This document shows positions 18,646 through 28,531 of a stretch of 32,771 nucleotides of DNA, piece by piece. Position numbers and translations under genes: made by a program. The first letter of the stretch is position 1. Every line of letters starts with the position of its first letter. This stretch comes from Sulfurimonas sp. (lineage in GTDB: Bacteria > Campylobacterota > Campylobacteria > Campylobacterales > Sulfurimonadaceae), in the NCBI GenBank assembly GCA_021161305.1, contig JAGHAW010000188.1:1-32771 (forward strand), written 5' to 3'. The notes beneath the pieces are model-generated. The model did no database searches. It saw nothing but the letters and a program-made list of their open reading frames with translations, and had not been told where the DNA came from.

Positions 18646-19896
18646 ATGGAACATACATATATTGGACGACAACCAATAATCGGTACGGATGGTGAGCTTT
18701 ATGCTTATGAAGTTCTATACAGAGACAAGAATAAGACAAGTACTATAAGTGATGGTCGTTATGCTAGTGCCTCTGTTATTAGCAGTATTTTAAATAAATT
18801 TGGTACTAGAACGCTGCTTGGGCATCATATGGCATTTGTTAAAATAGATAGAAAATTTCTTATGCAGGATTTGATTTTTTCTATTCCAAATGAATTTTTT
18901 ATTTTTTCAATACTTGATGATGTTGAGATAGATGAAAGAGTTATAGAAAGGGTTGAGCAACTCGTTGACAAGGGCTATAAGCTTGCTATAAATGATACAG
19001 TACTTGATAGTAAAAAGATTGAAAATCTCACTCCCATACTTAGTAAACTCTCTTTTGTTAAGATTAATTTTGATAAAGGTGTTAGTGTTGAATGTGAAAG
19101 TTTTATTACTCGCATAAAAGCAAATGGCACAAAAATAGTAGCTACAATAATAGAAAATAGTTCAGAGTATGATTTAGCCAAAAAGTTAGGATGTGAACTT
19201 TTTCAGGGTTACTTCTTTGCTGAACCTCGCATAATTGAAAATGCCAAGCTTGATTCCGATCGTTTGAGTATTATTAAGCTTACTGATTTACTTATGAGAG
19301 ATACGAATATAGATGAAATTACATTAGAATTTGAAAACAATCATGCTATTACTGTTCAGCTACTACAATTTATTAACTCTGGGTATTTCCATTTTAGAAA
19401 TAGAATCTCTTCTATTCATCATATCTTGATGCTTATGGGAAGACATCCTCTTGCACAGTGGTTAATGTTAATGATTTATTCTAAGTCCGTTTCTAAGAGT
19501 AAAGATAATTCTCCTCTTATGCTAATGGTAAAAAGTAGAACAGAATTGATGCAGAGTCTTATAAAAGCAGTTGAACCGGATGTCGGAAGCAATACATTGG
19601 GTGAGGCCTATTTTGTTGGAGTACTTTCACTTATTGATACCCTTTTTGGTGTAGAGTTAAGCAGAGTCTTAGAACATCTGCATATCTCTGATGATGTTCA
19701 AAATGCACTACTTAAAGATGAGGGTATTTTGGGTGAGTTATACGCTTTAGTTCGAGATGTTGAGGGCTTTAATACTGAAGCTATAACAATATTTGCAACT
19801 AAGCACAACTTAAATCATGAAACTATTCATGATATAATGATGCATAGTATAAAAGAGGTAAATAGTTTTGAAGATGCTACTGCTTTAGAGGAGTAA
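18646..19896 (+). CDS. EAL-like plus HDOD domain protein (YuxH/PdeH-like)
   Basis: YIGRQPI, YEVLYR, LFQGYFFAEP; HDOD-like 'LLQFINS', 'EAYFVGVLSLIDTLF'. Confidence 0.9.
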   Translation: MEHTYIGRQPIIGTDGELYAYEVLYRDKNKTSTISDGRYASASVISSILNKFGTRTLLGHHMAFVKIDRKFLMQDLIFSIPNEFFIFSILDDVEIDERVIERVEQLVDKGYKLAINDTVLDSKKIENLTPILSKLSFVKINFDKGVSVECESFITRIKANGTKIVATIIENSSEYDLAKKLGCELFQGYFFAEPRIIENAKLDSDRLSIIKLTDLLMRDTNIDEITLEFENNHAITVQLLQFINSGYFHFRNRISSIHHILMLMGRHPLAQWLMLMIYSKSVSKSKDNSPLMLMVKSRTELMQSLIKAVEPDVGSNTLGEAYFVGVLSLIDTLFGVELSRVLEHLHISDDVQNALLKDEGILGELYALVRDVEGFNTEAITIFATKHNLNHETIHDIMMHSIKEVNSFEDATALEE

Positions 19897-19900
19897 GTAC

Positions 19901-21295
19901 CTATCCTTCTCTATTTGCAGTCATAGCATTTGCGATTCTAAGCATAGTCTCGTCTTTGCCTAAAATAGCCATCACACTGTCAAGTCCTGGACCTGACATC
20001 TTCCCTAAGAGTGCAACACGAAGAGGTTGTCCGATTTTACCAAAACCTATCTCCATCTCATTTACAACTTCTTCCATTAGTTTATGATAATCACTTGGAA
20101 GGTGTAGCTCTTGGCTCGCAGAAACTTTAGCTCCAAAAGCATTTAAAACTTCAATGGCATTCCCCTTAAAAGCTTTTTTAACAGCTTTTTCATCATAAGA
20201 AGTTGGTGTTGTAAGTATCTCTTTTATGAGGGAAGCTAGCTCTTTTAAAGTTTTTGCACGCTCTTTTAACTCATCTAAAAGTATCTCTTTTTTATCATGA
20301 GAAGTTAAAACTAAATCATACTGGGTTAAAAGTTCTGCTAAATCTGAATTAGAAGAGTTTTTAATGTAGTGAGCACTTAACCAATCAAGTTTTTCAGTAT
20401 TGTAGATAGATGCTGATCTGTTTATATCTTTAGGATTGAAAAGATTTATCATCTCATCCATAGAGAAAATTTCTTGGTCACCATAACTCCAGCCTAAACG
20501 AACTAAAAAGTTTAGAAGTGCAGCAGGAGTATAACCCATCTCTTTATAAGCCATAACATCAGTAGCCCCATCTCTTTTGCTTAGTTTTTTACCTGCAGAG
20601 TTATGAATCATAGGAACATGGTAAAACTTAGGCAGGTCAAACCCTAAAGCTTCATAGACGGCTATCTGTTTTGGTGTGTTTGAGAGGTGATCATCCCCAC
20701 GAATAACTTCGTTTATACCCATCAGGTAGTCGTCAATAGCTACTACAAAGTTATAGGTTGGTGCACCGTCTGCTCTTGCGATTACAAAATCATCCAAAAT
20801 ATCTTGGGCTTGAAAAGAGACATCACCCTTTACACCATCACGAACTAAAATCTCTCCAGTCAGAGGTGCTTTGATTCGTATAACCGGCTCTATACCCTCT
20901 GGCGGAGTTCCATCAAAATCACGATATTTTCCATTGTATTTAGTTCGTTCTTTGTTTGCCATTTGAGTCTCACGAAGTTGGGTAAGTTCTTCTTTTGACA
21001 TGTAACATTTGTATGCTTTGCCCTCGTCTAAAAGTTGCTTGATATATTTTGCATAGATCTCATCTCTCTTAGATTGGTAAGTTATCTCGCCATCATGTTT
21101 TAATCCCAACCACTCAAATGCTTCAAGTATAGCCCTTGTAGCTTCTTCAGAATTTCTTGCTTTATCAGTATCTTCTATGCGAAGAACAAATTTACCACCA
21201 TTCTTCTTAGCCCAAAGGTAAGAAAAAAGAGCAGTTCTTAAACCGCCAATATGAAGATAGCCAGTAGGAGATGGAGCAAAACGAGTAACAACCAT
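19901..21295 (-). CDS. gltX: Glutamate--tRNA ligase
   Basis: TRFAPSPTGYLHIGG, LRIEDTD, IRGDDHLSNT, KLSKR; anticodon-binding domain present. Confidence 0.98.
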   Translation of the reverse strand: MVVTRFAPSPTGYLHIGGLRTALFSYLWAKKNGGKFVLRIEDTDKARNSEEATRAILEAFEWLGLKHDGEITYQSKRDEIYAKYIKQLLDEGKAYKCYMSKEELTQLRETQMANKERTKYNGKYRDFDGTPPEGIEPVIRIKAPLTGEILVRDGVKGDVSFQAQDILDDFVIARADGAPTYNFVVAIDDYLMGINEVIRGDDHLSNTPKQIAVYEALGFDLPKFYHVPMIHNSAGKKLSKRDGATDVMAYKEMGYTPAALLNFLVRLGWSYGDQEIFSMDEMINLFNPKDINRSASIYNTEKLDWLSAHYIKNSSNSDLAELLTQYDLVLTSHDKKEILLDELKERAKTLKELASLIKEILTTPTSYDEKAVKKAFKGNAIEVLNAFGAKVSASQELHLPSDYHKLMEEVVNEMEIGFGKIGQPLRVALLGKMSGPGLDSVMAILGKDETMLRIANAMTANREG

Positions 21296-21400
21296 GAAAA
21301 AGCCTTTTGTTTTAGTAATGGAATTTTATACAAATGTTGGTTAAAAAGGAGTAAAATATCTTTTTTAATTTTACAAATTGAATATGATTAGGAATTTTAT

Positions 21401-22237
21401 ATGTATAAAATATTTTTAACTCTTGTTTTTGTTCTCTCTTTAAGTGCTGAGATGGTGGATGGTGTGGCTATTGTTATAAAAGGTAATGCTATTACTCTTT
21501 ATGATATTAAAAAAGAGATGCAAATTTCTAAAGTTAGTGCTACTAGAGCTTCTGATAACTTGATAAGAAAGAAGTTGGAAATTTTGGAGATAAAAGAGAG
21601 AAAGATAAGTGTTAGCAGTGGTGAAGTTTATGATGACCTTAAAAAAACAGCAACTCGAAACAATATGAGTCTTAGTAATTTTTATAAGGCTGTTAGAAAT
21701 TCTAGTGGTTTAAGTTCAACAGAATTAAAGGCTAAAGTAAAAGATAGGCTGCTTTCTCAAAAGTTATATGCTGCTATTGCGTACTCTTCTCTCTCTGAAC
21801 CAAATGAGAATGAGATTGAAGAGTATTTTGAGCTTCACAAAGATAGTTTTGCTCATCCGAGTTCTTTTGATGTTGTTTTATATGTTTCACAAGACAAAGC
21901 AAGACTTCAGGAAAAGATACATAACCCAATGTTTTACTCTCCGGATATAAAGACAAATGAGCAGGTTTTACCATACGATAGAATCTCTCCGGAGTTAGCT
22001 AAACTTTTAGAGAGAACGCCACTAAACAGTTTTACAGCAGTTATTCCTAATGGAAAAGGTGGCTATATGAGCTTTTATATAAAAGAGATTGCTTCAGCCC
22101 AAGAGATGGGTATAGAGAGTGTAAAAAATCAGATAATAAATTTAATAATGTCAGATAAAAGAGAGCAGGTTTTGGGTGATTACTTTGCTAGATTAAGACA
22201 CAATGCTGATATAAAAACGATAAGAGAAGTTGAGTAA
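21401..22237 (+). CDS. SurA-like periplasmic chaperone/PPIase
   Basis: Signal peptide; 'VDGVAIVIKGNAITLYDI' SurA N-terminal motif; C-terminal 'YFARLRHNADIK'. Confidence 0.82.
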   Translation: MYKIFLTLVFVLSLSAEMVDGVAIVIKGNAITLYDIKKEMQISKVSATRASDNLIRKKLEILEIKERKISVSSGEVYDDLKKTATRNNMSLSNFYKAVRNSSGLSSTELKAKVKDRLLSQKLYAAIAYSSLSEPNENEIEEYFELHKDSFAHPSSFDVVLYVSQDKARLQEKIHNPMFYSPDIKTNEQVLPYDRISPELAKLLERTPLNSFTAVIPNGKGGYMSFYIKEIASAQEMGIESVKNQIINLIMSDKREQVLGDYFARLRHNADIKTIREVE

Positions 22238-22673
22238 AATGCTAAGTGATAAAATTTTCATAAATATTGCCTTAGAGTTGGCAACTGCTTCAAAATGTGT
22301 GTCTAAACAAGTTGGTGCTGTTATTGTTAAAGATGGAAGAATTTTAAGCACAGGATATAATGGTACTCCGGCAGGATATGTAAACTGTTGTGATTATTGG
22401 GAGGGTAAATATACCCCAGAGCATCATGAATGGTCAAAGACTTACGAGATACATGCCGAGATGAATGCAATAATCTGGGCAGCAAGAGAGGGAATCTCCA
22501 TAGATGGTGCTACGATATATGTAACTTTAGAACCATGTAGTGAGTGTAGTAAAAATCTTATTGCAAGTGGTATTAAAAGAATTGTATATGCAAAAGAGTA
22601 TGAACATACTCATTCCGATACAATTTCAAAGTTTATTAAAGATAATGGAGTGATTATAGAAAAGCTTATATGA
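22230..22673 (+). CDS. dCMP deaminase (ComEB-like)
   Basis: SKC..KQVGAVIVKDGRILSTGYNG, HAEMNAI, PCSECSK; the start may be ATG 22239. Confidence 0.93.
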   Translation: MSKMLSDKIFINIALELATASKCVSKQVGAVIVKDGRILSTGYNGTPAGYVNCCDYWEGKYTPEHHEWSKTYEIHAEMNAIIWAAREGISIDGATIYVTLEPCSECSKNLIASGIKRIVYAKEYEHTHSDTISKFIKDNGVIIEKLI

Positions 22674-22700
22674 AAATGGTTTTTTTTCGCTGTTTTATAC

Positions 22701-22706
22701 TATAAT
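22701..22706 (+). promoter_or_regulatory. -10 element upstream of the GAF pair
   Basis: TATAAT 30 nt before ATG 22736, with AAGG RBS in between. Confidence 0.5.
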
Positions 22707-22735
22707 TGTTTCATATAAAGATAAAGGCTTGGTTT

Positions 22736-23236
22736 ATGCAAAATAAAAATACATATGCAAAATTATCTGAATTTGGAAGAGAACTTCTAAATAAGAAATC
22801 TTTACCGGAAGGTCTGCCTCATATTTCTAAGTATGTAAAAAATGTTATAGGTGCAGACAGATGTTCAATCTTTATCTACGACCATGATAAAAAAGAACTT
22901 TGGACTACACTAGCAGATAAAGTAGAGAAAATTGTTATACCCTCAAATAAAGGGATAGTTGGACATACCTTAGAGGCACGAAAACCAGTTATTGCAAATG
23001 ATGTATATTCAAATCCATATTTTTTATCAGAGATAGATACAGAGACTGGATACCAAACAAAAAATATTGTAACGGCACCGATATTCAACTCTAAAAGAGA
23101 GATAATAGGAATAATGGAGCTTTTAAATAAAGATGCTGGATTTAATAATGAAGATGTTAAGTTTATGATCTTTTTCTCACACTATGTTAGTGGTTTTTTA
23201 GAGTTGATAAATTTATATGCAGAGCAAGACAGATGA
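22736..23236 (+). CDS. Stand-alone GAF domain protein 1
   Basis: ADRCSIF, GIVG, IDTETGYQTKNIVTAPI, LLNKDAGFNNED; ATG 22736 preferred over TTG 22706. Confidence 0.9.
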   Translation: MQNKNTYAKLSEFGRELLNKKSLPEGLPHISKYVKNVIGADRCSIFIYDHDKKELWTTLADKVEKIVIPSNKGIVGHTLEARKPVIANDVYSNPYFLSEIDTETGYQTKNIVTAPIFNSKREIIGIMELLNKDAGFNNEDVKFMIFFSHYVSGFLELINLYAEQDR

Positions 23237-23718
23237 AAAGATCACATCAAATAGCAGAGTTTGGACGGAAGTTAATGTCACTTGGAAAGGTGGAAAATAT
23301 TCTTGAACTTGTCTCAAGCGAAGCGAAACAACTTCTAAATGCAGATAGATGCTCCATTTTTATAGTTGATGTAGAAGATAAGATGCTTTGGACAAAACTT
23401 AGTGATGGTATAGGTCGTATTGTTATTTCTCTTGATTCTGGAATTGTTGGGGATACCTATATGAAGAGTAAACCTCAACTTGTAAATTCACCCTATGATG
23501 ACCCCAGATTTTTACCAAATATAGATAAAAAAAGTGGTTATGTAACTCAAAATATAATCACAACCCCAATATATAACTCAAAAAGAGAAGTTATTGGGGT
23601 TATTCAACTTCTAAACAAGAGTCGTGGCAATTTTGATGATAAAGATTTACAAGATTTAGCTTTCTTAGCAAACTATGTAAGTGGTTCTTTAGAACTTATT
23701 TTAATGAGTGGGAATTAA
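23233..23718 (+). CDS. Stand-alone GAF domain protein 2
   Basis: ADRCSIF, GIVG, YDDPRF..IDKKSGYVTQNIITTPI, LLNKSRGNFDDKD; ATGA overlap with GAF1. Confidence 0.9.
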   Translation: MKRSHQIAEFGRKLMSLGKVENILELVSSEAKQLLNADRCSIFIVDVEDKMLWTKLSDGIGRIVISLDSGIVGDTYMKSKPQLVNSPYDDPRFLPNIDKKSGYVTQNIITTPIYNSKREVIGVIQLLNKSRGNFDDKDLQDLAFLANYVSGSLELILMSGN

Positions 23719-23720
23719 AG

Positions 23721-24344
23721 ATGATTTATGAGCTTTCAAACCCTCTTACTAAGACACTCATAACACATTTGAGAGATCAAAGAAGCGATGCTATTCGTTT
23801 TAGACATGCTATTGTAGAAGTAACAAAGCAACTGGTTTATGAAGCTTTAAAAGAGATACCTTTGGTACAAAAAAGCATAACAACTTGGAAAGGCAGAAGA
23901 GATTTTAGTGCGATTGATGAAAAAAATATAGTAGTTGCAACAGTTTTAAGAGCTGGAATGCCTATGCTAGATAGTGTAATAGAACTTTTGCCTGAGTCAT
24001 CAGCAGGATTTTTGGCAATGAAGAGAGATGAAACTACACACAGAAGTGTACTTTACTATGACAGGCTTCCTGATTGCAAGGGTAAAACAGTACTTTTGGT
24101 AGATCCCATGGTTGCAACAGGCTACTCAATGGTTGACGCGATAAAGGTTATTAAAACAAAAGAACCGCAAAAGATTGTTACTCTCAATATTATAGCTTCA
24201 CCAGAGGGCTTGGGTGTAGTTAATTCTACTTATCCTGAGGTTGATATTTATATAGCACAAATCGATGAAAAACTAAATGATGATAAGTTTATCATTCCTG
24301 GTTTGGGTGATGCAGGTGACCGTTCTTATAACACTGTAGAGTAA
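23721..24344 (+). CDS. upp: Uracil phosphoribosyltransferase
   Basis: VLRAG, PRPP-binding LLVDPMVATGYS, IIPGLGDAGDR. Confidence 0.96.
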   Translation: MIYELSNPLTKTLITHLRDQRSDAIRFRHAIVEVTKQLVYEALKEIPLVQKSITTWKGRRDFSAIDEKNIVVATVLRAGMPMLDSVIELLPESSAGFLAMKRDETTHRSVLYYDRLPDCKGKTVLLVDPMVATGYSMVDAIKVIKTKEPQKIVTLNIIASPEGLGVVNSTYPEVDIYIAQIDEKLNDDKFIIPGLGDAGDRSYNTVE

Positions 24345-24346
24345 AA

Positions 24347-25237
24347 ATGCTTGTAGATTTAAAAAATAAAAAATCTTTTGAGATAATTGAGTGGTTTGAA
24401 AAAAGAACTTTTGATGATGGAGAGACTATTGAGATAGAGTTTTTAGAATCTGATATTGAAAGATTTGGTTATAAAGCTTTTGTTGATTTGGCTCAGCTTT
24501 TTTTTATGAAAATGCTTACTCCAGTTACTCTAAAAGAATCTGTCATCTTAAGATTTAAAAAACTAAACTTAGACTCTTCTTTTCATAAAAGTAAAAATTC
24601 TAATGAAAAATATGGTGTTGATAGTGAGTTTTTTCTTCTGGATAAAACGGCACAATTCACTTTTCTCTATCACTACCGAGAAGCATTGAAATTTATAAAT
24701 ATCCAAGGTAGAAAGAGGATTTTAAATCTTGGTATAAACAAAGGTGATGAGTTTAGAGTTATAAAAGAGATGCTTGGGTGTGATGAGTTTGTGGCAAAAG
24801 AGTTTGTGGGAGTTGATTATTCACAATCGGCTATAGAGTATGCCACGGGGCAATTTTCACATACTAAAAGCAGCTTTATATGTCACGATATTAACAAACT
24901 TCAAGAGTTGAACTTGGGAAGATTCGATTTGATTATTTCCATAGGAACTCTGCAAAGTTCAAATATAAAATTTAATGAAATGTTTATGAATTTATATCAA
25001 AATTATTTGGAACAAAATGGAGCAATAATACTTGGTTTTCCAAATTGCAGATGGATTGACGGGGAGATGATATATGGTGCAAAAGCTCCTAACTATGCTT
25101 TTGCTGAGATGAGTTTAGTTCTAAAGGATATACATTTTTGTAAAAAGTATCTTCAACAAAAAAAGTATAGAGTGACTATTACAGGAAAAGATTATCTATT
25201 TTTAACTGCAAGAAAAATTATAACATCCACTTTTTAA
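24347..25237 (+). CDS. Class I SAM-dependent methyltransferase
   Basis: ILNLGINKGDE, GVDYS, FDLIISIG. Confidence 0.8.
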   Translation: MLVDLKNKKSFEIIEWFEKRTFDDGETIEIEFLESDIERFGYKAFVDLAQLFFMKMLTPVTLKESVILRFKKLNLDSSFHKSKNSNEKYGVDSEFFLLDKTAQFTFLYHYREALKFINIQGRKRILNLGINKGDEFRVIKEMLGCDEFVAKEFVGVDYSQSAIEYATGQFSHTKSSFICHDINKLQELNLGRFDLIISIGTLQSSNIKFNEMFMNLYQNYLEQNGAIILGFPNCRWIDGEMIYGAKAPNYAFAEMSLVLKDIHFCKKYLQQKKYRVTITGKDYLFLTARKIITSTF

Positions 25238-27017
25238 GCCAAACGCTTAAAGCGTAGAGTCCCCAGACATGATGTTTAAAACTTCCTTTTGAGGCTTGTT
25301 GTATATATTCGTCAAGTTCGGCTCTTTTAAATATTCCAGTCTGCTCATTTACCTCTTTTATCAACTCTATTTTTTTACTATTAATTAGATATTCCATATA
25401 TGGATTTGAAAAGCCTTTTTTCTTTCTTGTTAAAATTTCTTGACTTAGATGGGGTTTCATTATCTCTTTTAGAAGTGATTTTGTAACGCCATCTTCATAT
25501 CTTAAGTGCGGAGCAATCTGGAAGATTTTTTCTGCTAACTTATGGTCTAAAAATGGTGTTCGCGATTCTATAGAGTGAGCCATACTTACACGGTCGAGTT
25601 TAGTTAAAAAATGCTCGGCTTGAAAGAGGTTTAAGTCTATATAGCTATACCAGATACTCTCATCGCTGTGAGATGAGGATTCAAATCTATCTCTGTACGG
25701 TTTTAGATATTTTAACGATTCGTTGTCTTTTACATTTCTTCTCATTAGGTTGTTTTTTTGAAGGTCTGTAAATTTATCGCCAGAGGTGCGAAAGAGCAGA
25801 GTATCATCAAAGATTCGTTTATACCACTCCCACTCACGATTCATAGAGAAGTTTGAATGAAAGTATCTTTTTAGCCAGTTTTTGTGGACTAAGTTTGAAG
25901 CCTGCTCAATGTCAAGATATTCAAAATATTGTCTATAACCTAAAAATAGCTCATCACTTCCCTCTCCACTAAGAACTACTTTGTATCCATCTTTTTTGAT
26001 TTTATCAAAAAGCAGATAGAGAGGAATTGCTGCTGGGTCATTTAGTGGTTCATCAAGAGTATCAAGAACATTCTCAGATGCCAAGATAAAATCATCTTGG
26101 TCTATCTCAACTTGAGTGTTTTTCAGACCTAAAAACTCAGCACTTTTTTTTGCATTTTCCCGCTCATCATATTTTGCAAACTCTTTATAGCCCAAAGTGT
26201 AAGTGGGTAGATTTATTCCCTGTTTTAGTGCATAAACATTTAGAGTTGCACTGTCAATGCCTCCTGAGAGAAGTGATGCCATGGGTACATCAGCATTTAG
26301 ACGCATATTTATAGACTCTTCTAGTAGTTCCTCAAGAGAGTGAATAGCTTCATTTCTATTTGTGATGATATTTGGTTTGGTATCTAGCAGGTCAAAGTAT
26401 CTTTTTACGCTAACTTGTGAATCTTTAAATATCAGATATTCCCCAGCAGAGAGTTTGTTTATCCCTCTAAAAAATGTATGTGGAGGAGTTGGAGCTAAAA
26501 AAGAGAGGTAACTCATAAGAGCATCATTGTTTAACTCTCGTTTGTTTAAAAATAGAGTAAGTGCTTTTATCTCGGAGCTAAAAATAAAACTACTGCCATC
26601 TAGATAAAAGAGTGGTTTTTTACCAAGTCTGTCACGAAAGAGGTAGAGAGTATCAGAATCTACTATGGCAATAGCAAACATTCCACGAAGATGTTGCACA
26701 AAATCAATTCCCCATTTCAGGTAAGAAGCAATAATAACTTCAGAATCACTGTTTGTTTTAAAATCGAAATTTAGCTCTTCTCTTAACTCTTTGAAATTGT
26801 AAATCTCTCCATTAAATGAGAGTAGAATCTTATTATATTTAAGAGGTTGATGTGAACGCTCATGAGTATCCTGTATGCTAAGTCGCTGATGTGCGAAAAA
26901 TAGATTCTCACTCTGAGTGATACCACAATAATCAGGACCTCTATGGGCAAGAAGTGATAAGGCTTTTTTTGCTTTTGTCTCGTCATACTCTCCGATAATT
27001 CCAAAAATACCACACAT
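25218..27017 (-). CDS. asnB: Asparagine synthase (glutamine-hydrolysing) family amidotransferase
   Basis: MCGI N-terminal Cys, HRGPD, FNGEIYN, RDRLGKKPL, LLSGGIDS, LSGEGSDELF, RTPFLD. Confidence 0.93.
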   Translation of the reverse strand: MCGIFGIIGEYDETKAKKALSLLAHRGPDYCGITQSENLFFAHQRLSIQDTHERSHQPLKYNKILLSFNGEIYNFKELREELNFDFKTNSDSEVIIASYLKWGIDFVQHLRGMFAIAIVDSDTLYLFRDRLGKKPLFYLDGSSFIFSSEIKALTLFLNKRELNNDALMSYLSFLAPTPPHTFFRGINKLSAGEYLIFKDSQVSVKRYFDLLDTKPNIITNRNEAIHSLEELLEESINMRLNADVPMASLLSGGIDSATLNVYALKQGINLPTYTLGYKEFAKYDERENAKKSAEFLGLKNTQVEIDQDDFILASENVLDTLDEPLNDPAAIPLYLLFDKIKKDGYKVVLSGEGSDELFLGYRQYFEYLDIEQASNLVHKNWLKRYFHSNFSMNREWEWYKRIFDDTLLFRTSGDKFTDLQKNNLMRRNVKDNESLKYLKPYRDRFESSSHSDESIWYSYIDLNLFQAEHFLTKLDRVSMAHSIESRTPFLDHKLAEKIFQIAPHLRYEDGVTKSLLKEIMKPHLSQEILTRKKKGFSNPYMEYLINSKKIELIKEVNEQTGIFKRAELDEYIQQASKGSFKHHVWGLYALSVWLKKWML

Positions 27018-27598
27018 TATCTAAAGAATCCTACCGTAATGTCATCTTCAAGGTATCCATCTTTGAATTCTACTTTTGTAATACCTAAATTTTTTGCAAT
27101 TTTTTTTAGTTGGCATGTGGAAATATAGTTATATGTTTCACTATCTCTCTGCCCATGAAGAATATTAAATATAAAACCCTTTTCACAGGACATAAAACAG
27201 TTTCTTATAAATTGATGAGTTTCAAAATTCTCTAGTACATTCATAGCACCACTGCATATATAATAATCGGCTTGTGGAAGCTCATCTTTGCAAATATCTG
27301 CAATGATAATCTCACAGCCTGTTCTGTCTGAAGCTATGGAGTACATATCTATGAGGGAATCTATACCGATATACTCTTTTGGAAATTTTTTCTTTTTTTG
27401 CATATAGGTGTAGAGGTCACCAAAACCACATCCGGCATCTACGATAGAAAAAGGACTTAAATCTTTTGGTAACATCTCTAAAAGAATATCAAACCTAATC
27501 TCTTGATTTTCTTTAGAAGCCCAGTTTACCCCTTTGGCAGTTGTTCCATGTACCTCTATGGCAGAAGTATAAAATTTTTCACTATCTATGCGTGGCAT
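27017..27598 (-). CDS. Class I SAM-dependent methyltransferase
   Basis: VDAGCGFGDL, YIGID, DYYICSGAMN. Start ATG 27598 with AAGGGA RBS; the longer ORF-track start overlaps panE. Confidence 0.88.
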   Translation of the reverse strand: MPRIDSEKFYTSAIEVHGTTAKGVNWASKENQEIRFDILLEMLPKDLSPFSIVDAGCGFGDLYTYMQKKKKFPKEYIGIDSLIDMYSIASDRTGCEIIIADICKDELPQADYYICSGAMNVLENFETHQFIRNCFMSCEKGFIFNILHGQRDSETYNYISTCQLKKIAKNLGITKVEFKDGYLEDDITVGFFR

Positions 27599-27617
27599 GA
27601 CTTCCCTTTTTGTAATC

Positions 27618-27631
27618 GTATTATATAATAC
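27618..27631. promoter_or_regulatory. Bidirectional promoter candidate
   Basis: Perfect palindrome GTATTATATAATAC with TATAAT on both strands, in a 54-bp divergent spacer. Confidence 0.6.
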
Positions 27632-27652
27632 TTCTAATAAAAGGTGGTAGAT

Positions 27653-28531
27653 ATGAGAGTAGCAGTTGTAGGTCTTGGTGGAGTTGGTGGTTATATTGGG
27701 GCGTCTTTGGCTAAAACTTCTAATGAGGTTGTCGGTTTTGCAAGAGGTAAACATCTTGATGAGATAAAAAAGAGTGGTCTTAAAATTGTTGAAGATAGTA
27801 GTTCTTGGTATGTGAAAATTGATGCAAGAGAGTTGAGTGAGGCTGATGGCTATTTTGATGTAGTGCTGTTTTGTGTAAAGAGTTATGATTTAAAAAGTTC
27901 TTATGAGGCTATATCTCAGCATATAGATTCAAATAGTGTTCTAATAAGCTTTTCTAACGGTGTATCAAATGGAGATGAACTTAGAAAACTAACTGATTCT
28001 CATGTTCTTGATGGTTGTATTTATATACTTTCTCACATTGAAAAAGCTGGAGTTATTCGTAAAAAAGGTAAAGTCTTTGCAGCTGTTTTTGGTGGGGAAG
28101 CAGACTCAACTAAGCTGCTTTCTCAGATTTTTGATGAGGCAAAACTTCGCACAAAAACTCCGGATGATATAAAAACCGCTATTTGGAAAAAGTTTATTTT
28201 TATCTCTGCTTTTGCAACACTGACGAGTTATTATGATAAAAGTATAGGCTATATCTATGAAAATCATTTTAATGAAGCAGAGACTCTTTTAAAAGAGATA
28301 GCTTCAGTTGCCAGAGCCAAAGGTATTGAGATATTTGATGAGGTAGAAAAAGCTTTGGATGTTGCTTCTAAAGTGCCTTACGATTCTTCAACTTCAATGT
28401 ATTTGGATTTTCAAAATAAAAAACAAACAGAACTAGAAACTCTATGTGGATATATTGTTAAAGAGGCAAAAATCGGTGAAGTTCAAACTCCACTGATGAG
28501 TAAAATCTATATCAAATTACAAACTATTTAA
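27653..28531 (+). CDS. panE: Ketopantoate reductase (PanE/ApbA family)
   Basis: VAVVGLGGVGG, FCVKSYD, NG, WKKF, SSTSMYLD, TELE. Confidence 0.88.
   Translation: MRVAVVGLGGVGGYIGASLAKTSNEVVGFARGKHLDEIKKSGLKIVEDSSSWYVKIDARELSEADGYFDVVLFCVKSYDLKSSYEAISQHIDSNSVLISFSNGVSNGDELRKLTDSHVLDGCIYILSHIEKAGVIRKKGKVFAAVFGGEADSTKLLSQIFDEAKLRTKTPDDIKTAIWKKFIFISAFATLTSYYDKSIGYIYENHFNEAETLLKEIASVARAKGIEIFDEVEKALDVASKVPYDSSTSMYLDFQNKKQTELETLCGYIVKEAKIGEVQTPLMSKIYIKLQTI

Noticed and set aside
23230-23240. Frameshifted single tandem-GAF gene
   Set aside because: The junction is a standard ATGA overlap, both halves have parallel N- and C-termini, and I see no slippery sequence.
27599-27754. N-terminal extension of the methyltransferase
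   Set aside because: It is antisense to panE and spans the promoter spacer; ATG 27598 has an SD.
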